Of a DNA stretch of 64,000 nucleotides, positions 59,751-64,000 are shown piece by piece. A model generated the notes under the pieces. It did no database searches and was not told where the DNA came from. It saw nothing but the letters and a program-made list of their open reading frames with translations. Source of the stretch: Patescibacteria group bacterium (GTDB taxonomy: Bacteria > Patescibacteriota > Patescibacteriia > Buchananbacterales > UBA6539); NCBI GenBank assembly GCA_028688055.1, contig JAQTYZ010000002.1:132256-196255 (forward strand). The letters run 5' to 3'. Both the position numbers and the translations under genes were made by a program. Every line of letters starts with the position of its first letter. The stretch's first letter is position 1.

Positions 59751-60029
59751 ATGAAGTTAAAACCATTAGGTAATCGCATCGTGGTTGAACCTTTAACCGA
59801 AGCGGAAACCACCAAGTCTGGTATTATTTTGCCGGAAACTGTCGATAAGGAAAAAAAGGCCGAGGGCAAGGTTGTGGCGATCGGCGATGGCGCGAAAATT
59901 ATAACGCGCGGACTTAAGGAAGGCGATACTGTCTTGTTCGGTAAATATGCCGGTGAAGAGGTAAAGCTTGGCGAAGTCGAATATAAAATTTTGTCTGACG
60001 ACGACGTTTTAGCCGTTGTCATTAATTAA
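59751..60029 (+). CDS. groES: co-chaperonin GroES
   Basis: 92 aa. [14 protein letters not shown]...GKYAGEEVK. Confidence 0.95.
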   Translation: MKLKPLGNRIVVEPLTEAETTKSGIILPETVDKEKKAEGKVVAIGDGAKIITRGLKEGDTVLFGKYAGEEVKLGEVEYKILSDDDVLAVVIN

Positions 60030-60046
60030 TTCTAATCATTCTAACT

Positions 60047-61699
60047 ATGGCTAAACAATTACTATTTGGAGAAAAGGCGCGCGTCGCTGTGAAAAGGGGA
60101 ATTGACCAAGTCGCTGATGCGGTCAAAGTCAGCTTGGGTCCGAAGGGGCGCAATGTCATTTTAGACAAAGGTTTCGGTTCACCCGTCATTACTAATGACG
60201 GTGTCAGCATCGCTAAAGAAATTGAACTGGAAGACAAGTTCGAGAATGTCGGTGCATCGTTAATTAAAGAAGTGGCCGAAAAAACTAATGACGTGGCTGG
60301 TGATGGTACCACCACGGCTACCGTTTTGGCGCAAGCGATGATTGAAGAAGGTTTGAAAAATGTCGCGGCCGGCACTGATCCGGTGGCCTTGAAAAGTGGC
60401 ATTCAAAAAACCGTCGCTGTTGCCATTGAGGGGTTGAAAAAAATTACCAAGCCGATTAAAGATAAAAAAGAAATTGCCCAAGTCGCCACTATTTCCTCAC
60501 TCGATGCTCAGGTTGGACAAATGATTGCTGACATTATGGAAGAAGTTGGCAATGACGGTGTGGTCACCGTTGAAGAAGGTCAAACTTTTGGTTTGGAAAA
60601 AGAAGTGGTTAAAGGAATGCGTTTTGATAAAGGCTATGTCTCGCTTTATATGGCAACTAATGCTGAACGGATGGAAGCCGAATATGACGAGTCGGCGATT
60701 TTGATTACCGATCAGAAAATTTCCTCGGTTCAAGGTATTTTGCCGTTACTGGAAAAAGTCGCTCAGAGTGGTAAAAAAGAGTTGGTAATTATTGCCGACG
60801 ATATTGAGGGCGAAGCTTTGCCAACTTTTGTGCTAAACAAAATTCGCGGTACCTTCAATGTGTTAGGCATTAAGGCGCCGGGTTTTGGTGATCGACGTAA
60901 GGAAATGTTGGCTGATATCGCGGTGCTGACTGGGGGCAAGGTCATTTCGGAAGAAGTCGGAATGAAACTCGAAAATACAACTTTGGAAGATTTAGGTCAC
61001 GCCCGAAAAGTTATCTCAACTAAAGATCATACGACCATTATTGACGGGGCGGGTAAAAAGAAAGCGATTGAAGATCGCATCGGTCAAATTAAAAAAGAAA
61101 TTGATTTGGCAACTTCGGATTTTGATAAGGAAAAACTTCAGGAGCGATTAGCTAAATTAGCTGGTGGTGTTGGTGTGATTAAAGTTGGTGCGGCCACGGA
61201 AACGGAAATGAAAGAAAAGAAATTCAAAATTGAAGACGCGCTCAACGCGACGAAGGCCGCTATTGCCGAAGGGATTGTCCCGGGTGGCGGCGCGGCATTA
61301 GTAAAAATTGCCAACGCCTTAAATGATTTATTGAAAGAGGCTAAGGTTGAATTAACTGACGATGAAAAAATTGGGGCTAAAATTGTTCAGCAAGCTTTGT
61401 CAGCGCCCTTACGTCAGATTGCCGCTAACGCCGGTATTAAAGATATCTCGTTAATCTTAAACGAGATTAAAGATCTTAAAGACGCTAACTCAGGCTATGA
61501 TTTCAGTGCGATGAAGAAAGTTGATATGCTCGAAGCGGGAATTGTTGACCCGATGAAAGTGACGCGGACCGCTTTGGAAAATTCTTCATCCATTGCCTCA
61601 ACGCTCATTACGATGGAAACCGTGGTAACTGATTTGCCGGAAAAGAAAGATGATTTGCCAGCCGGTATGCCGGGAATGGGCGGTATGGGAATGATGTAA
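60047..61699 (+). CDS. groEL: chaperonin GroEL
   Basis: 550 aa. [12 protein letters not shown]...[13 protein letters not shown]...C-terminal GMGGMGMM. Confidence 0.97.
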   Translation: MAKQLLFGEKARVAVKRGIDQVADAVKVSLGPKGRNVILDKGFGSPVITNDGVSIAKEIELEDKFENVGASLIKEVAEKTNDVAGDGTTTATVLAQAMIEEGLKNVAAGTDPVALKSGIQKTVAVAIEGLKKITKPIKDKKEIAQVATISSLDAQVGQMIADIMEEVGNDGVVTVEEGQTFGLEKEVVKGMRFDKGYVSLYMATNAERMEAEYDESAILITDQKISSVQGILPLLEKVAQSGKKELVIIADDIEGEALPTFVLNKIRGTFNVLGIKAPGFGDRRKEMLADIAVLTGGKVISEEVGMKLENTTLEDLGHARKVISTKDHTTIIDGAGKKKAIEDRIGQIKKEIDLATSDFDKEKLQERLAKLAGGVGVIKVGAATETEMKEKKFKIEDALNATKAAIAEGIVPGGGAALVKIANALNDLLKEAKVELTDDEKIGAKIVQQALSAPLRQIAANAGIKDISLILNEIKDLKDANSGYDFSAMKKVDMLEAGIVDPMKVTRTALENSSSIASTLITMETVVTDLPEKKDDLPAGMPGMGGMGMM

Positions 61700-61722
61700 A
61701 AAAATTGAATATGTAAAAAAGG

Positions 61723-61763
61723 AGCCGGGGGAGATCGCACTTGCGTCTCCCTCGGCTTTGTTT
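61723..61763 (+). terminator. rho-independent terminator after groEL
   Basis: gccgggggaga-tcgcacttgcg-tctccctcggc + TTTGTTT. Confidence 0.5.
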
Positions 61764-62041
61764 CGTGGCTACTAGCTCGGTTGCACCAAGCCAATGGCAC
61801 AGGCTATAGCACCCAATAACCCCCCGTGTATTGCCACAAGTGCTTTGCTTAGGCAACGACTGCAGTTGCAGTCTTGGGCGCATTCGTCCGACGGTTTCGG
61901 TTTCGTTTGTAGCATAGACCCTCCGTTGTTTGTTGCGGTTATTGCTATGACACGAATGATCATGATATCATTGATTGGCTTTATTGTCAAGGTTTTTTGT
62001 GGTATAATTAACTTACTTTTAATTAAGTAATTATAAAAAAT

Positions 62042-62365
62042 ATGGCCGAAGTAAAGAAAAATAATTCGGAAGAAAAAATCTGGGGTGCCGTTGGCTACCT
62101 CTGGATTCTAAGTTTAGTTGCCTTAGCGGCAAGAAAAGATAATGAGTACGTTAGGTTTCATGCCAGTCAGGGCGCTTTACTGGCCTTATTATCAGTGGTT
62201 TTTATGTTTATTCCGGTGTTAGGCTGGTTGGCTAATATCTTAGTGGCGGTGTTGGCGATTGTTGGAATTATTAAGAGTTTGCAGGGCGAAAAATGGGAGT
62301 TGCCGATTGTTGGCAGTCTGGCCCAGAATTTTGGCAACTGGATAATTAAAACGATCAAACTTTAG
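62042..62365 (+). CDS. small membrane protein (DUF4870-like)
   Basis: 107 aa, 2-3 TM helices. TTGTCA-17-TATAAT promoter at ~61986-62012. Confidence 0.45.
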   Translation: MAEVKKNNSEEKIWGAVGYLWILSLVALAARKDNEYVRFHASQGALLALLSVVFMFIPVLGWLANILVAVLAIVGIIKSLQGEKWELPIVGSLAQNFGNWIIKTIKL

Positions 62366-62382
62366 GTTCATCAAATTAAACT

Positions 62383-63870
62383 ATGAAAAGAACCAAAATT
62401 GTCTGCACCGTTGGTCCGGCTTCGGAATCAAAAAGTAAAATGGAAAAAATGGTTAAGGCGGGTTTGAATGTGGCGCGGCTGAATTTTTCGCATGGCAGTT
62501 ATAAACATCACGCGATGTTGATTGCCAATTTACGTCAGGTGGCCACCAAGCTCAATTCACCCGTGGCCATTTTGCAGGATTTGCAAGGTCCGCGCATCAG
62601 AATCGGTAGCGTTGCCAAAGATGGCATTAAATTACAACTTGGTCAACAGATATCATTGGTTCCGGAAAATTATCGTTTGGCGCTTAAGGACGCTTCAACT
62701 TATATTCCCATTCAGTTTCCTGAACTTTATCAAAATGTAAAACCTGGTGATCCCGTGTTAATTGATGATGCAAAAATTGAGTTAAAGGTAGAGGCGATAA
62801 AAAATAAAGCCATTATTTGCAAGGTCAAAGTTGGGGATATTGTTTATTCCAATAAGGGCATGAATTTTCCCAAGTCATCAATTAAGGCTGAGCCAGTCAC
62901 CGCTAAAGATCGGGAGGATTTATTATTTGGCTTGAAGCAAAATGTTGATTTCGTCGCTTTGTCATTTATTAAGGAAGCATCGGATATTATTAATTTGCGC
63001 AAAGAAATTAGCCGTATCGAAGTCAAGCTCGGCCGTAAGATGAAAGATTTTAAAAAGCCGAAACGGAGCGGCAATTGGCCGGGAACGTTTACTAAAATTA
63101 TTGCGAAAATCGAACGACCGGAAGCGGTTAAGAATTTTGAGGAAATCTTAGCGGCCGCTGACGGAATTATGGTCGCGCGCGGTGATTTAGGCTTAGAGAT
63201 TCCCCTTGAAGATTTACCATTAATCCAGAAAAAAATTATTCGGCGCTGTGTCCAGGAATCAAAACCAGTCATTGTCGCGACGCAAATGCTTGATTCAATG
63301 ATTCGCTATCCAGTGCCAACGCGCGCCGAAGTTTCCGACGTGGCCAATGCTATTTTAGACGGCACTGATGCGATTATGCTGTCGGGCGAAACGGCTACGG
63401 GGAAATATCCGCTCAAGGCGGTTCAAGTGATGGCTAAAATTGCTCACGAAGTTGAAAAAACGGAAATTGTCGAACACGAAAAAATTAAGGAACTTTTAAA
63501 AAAAGTTGGCGGGATTACCGAAACAGTCAGTTTTGCTGTTCAAGATATCGCCGCTGATTTAAATGCTAAATTAATTGTTTGTGCCACAACTTCCGGTTTT
63601 ACCGCGCGGTCAATCTCCAAATATCGACCAGGTATTTCAGTCGTGGCCATGGCGCCGACTGAAAAAACTCGAAATCAACTCTGTTTAAGTTGGGGTGTTA
63701 GCTCGTATTGTTTGCCGTTTGATGCTAATCTCACCAAAATCATTAATCAGATTAGAAAATTACTTAAAGCTAAAAAATTAGTTGCCGCTGGCGATGTGGT
63801 GGTGATTACGGCCGGCCATCCGTTTGGCTATTTGGGCCAAACCAACCTGATCAAGGTTGAAACCATTTAA
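62383..63870 (+). CDS. pyk: pyruvate kinase
   Basis: 495 aa. KIVCTVGPAS...NFSHGS...MVARGDLG signature. Confidence 0.93.
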   Translation: MKRTKIVCTVGPASESKSKMEKMVKAGLNVARLNFSHGSYKHHAMLIANLRQVATKLNSPVAILQDLQGPRIRIGSVAKDGIKLQLGQQISLVPENYRLALKDASTYIPIQFPELYQNVKPGDPVLIDDAKIELKVEAIKNKAIICKVKVGDIVYSNKGMNFPKSSIKAEPVTAKDREDLLFGLKQNVDFVALSFIKEASDIINLRKEISRIEVKLGRKMKDFKKPKRSGNWPGTFTKIIAKIERPEAVKNFEEILAAADGIMVARGDLGLEIPLEDLPLIQKKIIRRCVQESKPVIVATQMLDSMIRYPVPTRAEVSDVANAILDGTDAIMLSGETATGKYPLKAVQVMAKIAHEVEKTEIVEHEKIKELLKKVGGITETVSFAVQDIAADLNAKLIVCATTSGFTARSISKYRPGISVVAMAPTEKTRNQLCLSWGVSSYCLPFDANLTKIINQIRKLLKAKKLVAAGDVVVITAGHPFGYLGQTNLIKVETI

Positions 63871-63888
63871 ATCATTAGGAAAAATTTT

Positions 63889-64000
63889 ATGTCGGCGAAT
63901 AAAAAATATATTCTTTGGTTTAATGAATTATCAATTCGCGACATTCCCAAAGTTGGTGGCAAAAATGCGTCCTTGGGCGAAATGTTTCGTCAGCTCAAGC
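63889..64000 (+). CDS. PEP-utilising enzyme N-terminus (phosphoenolpyruvate synthase / pyruvate phosphate dikinase), partial at window edge
   Basis: MSANKKYILWFNELSIRDIPKVGGKNASLGEM is the typical PPDK/PpsA N-terminus. Confidence 0.65.
   Translation, partial: MSANKKYILWFNELSIRDIPKVGGKNASLGEMFRQLK

Noticed and set aside
60022-60945. Antisense ORFs within groEL (60022..60402, 60260..60481, 60497..60733, 60763..60945)
   Set aside because: Shadow ORFs opposite a highly conserved chaperonin gene.
61772-62030. Overlapping ORFs 61772..61990 (-) and 61794..62030 (+) in the GC-rich block after groEL
   Set aside because: They are mutually exclusive, have no SD and lie in a short GC-rich patch where ORFs arise by chance. 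The region is retained only as a candidate ncRNA or regulatory region.

Overview
This 64-kb window is from a low-GC bacterial chromosome of about 35-40% GC. Its compact, SD-poor gene style suggests a small-genome Patescibacteria/CPR-like organism, but that is inference only. It carries core housekeeping genes interrupted by at least three kinds of accessory DNA.

Core content: valS-tyrS, a complete F1Fo ATP synthase operon (atpI-like, BEFHAGDC), an HMA-protein/copA copper module, amt, rpsO-NYN-pnp, dksA-like, lspA, rmuC, groES/groEL, pyk, the start of a PEP-utilising enzyme gene, a GT4 glycosyltransferase, a LysM-M23 peptidase, a CDF transporter and a DHH phosphoesterase.

RNA genes: tRNA-Val(GAC), tRNA-Ile(UAU), tRNA-His(GUG, with G-1), tRNA-Arg(CCG) and tRNA-Arg(UCU).

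Accessory content:
1. A ~9.4-kb AT-rich integrative element is inserted inside comM/yifB, which is split into fragments at 42351..43217 and 52558..53244. The element has a large serine recombinase whose ORF reads across the right junction, an excisionase-family HTH, a P-loop putative replication NTPase and a sigma-70 region-4 regulator. Its left-end cargo is two proteins that each carry an R-N-x-x-x-H HEPN-type motif, a candidate toxin or defence module.
2. A tRNA-His / HNH endonuclease / tRNA-Arg x2 / tyrosine recombinase hotspot is flanked by three copies of a ~75-100-nt repeat. The repeat looks like the tRNA-His trailer and terminator plus degenerate tRNA 3' remnants. Between the copies sits a triosephosphate isomerase homologue that appears to be circularly permuted: the N-terminal beta1-alpha1 segment, including the NWK catalytic Lys, is relocated to the C-terminus.
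3. Six or seven short GC-rich islands (~50-56% GC) each have their own sigma70-like promoter, strong Shine-Dalgarno site and intrinsic terminator. They encode hypothetical proteins, two tandem DUF1858-like redox-disulfide proteins, an L-fucose-isomerase-like enzyme and a DapB-like reductase.

No CRISPR array was seen. The translation table appears standard.
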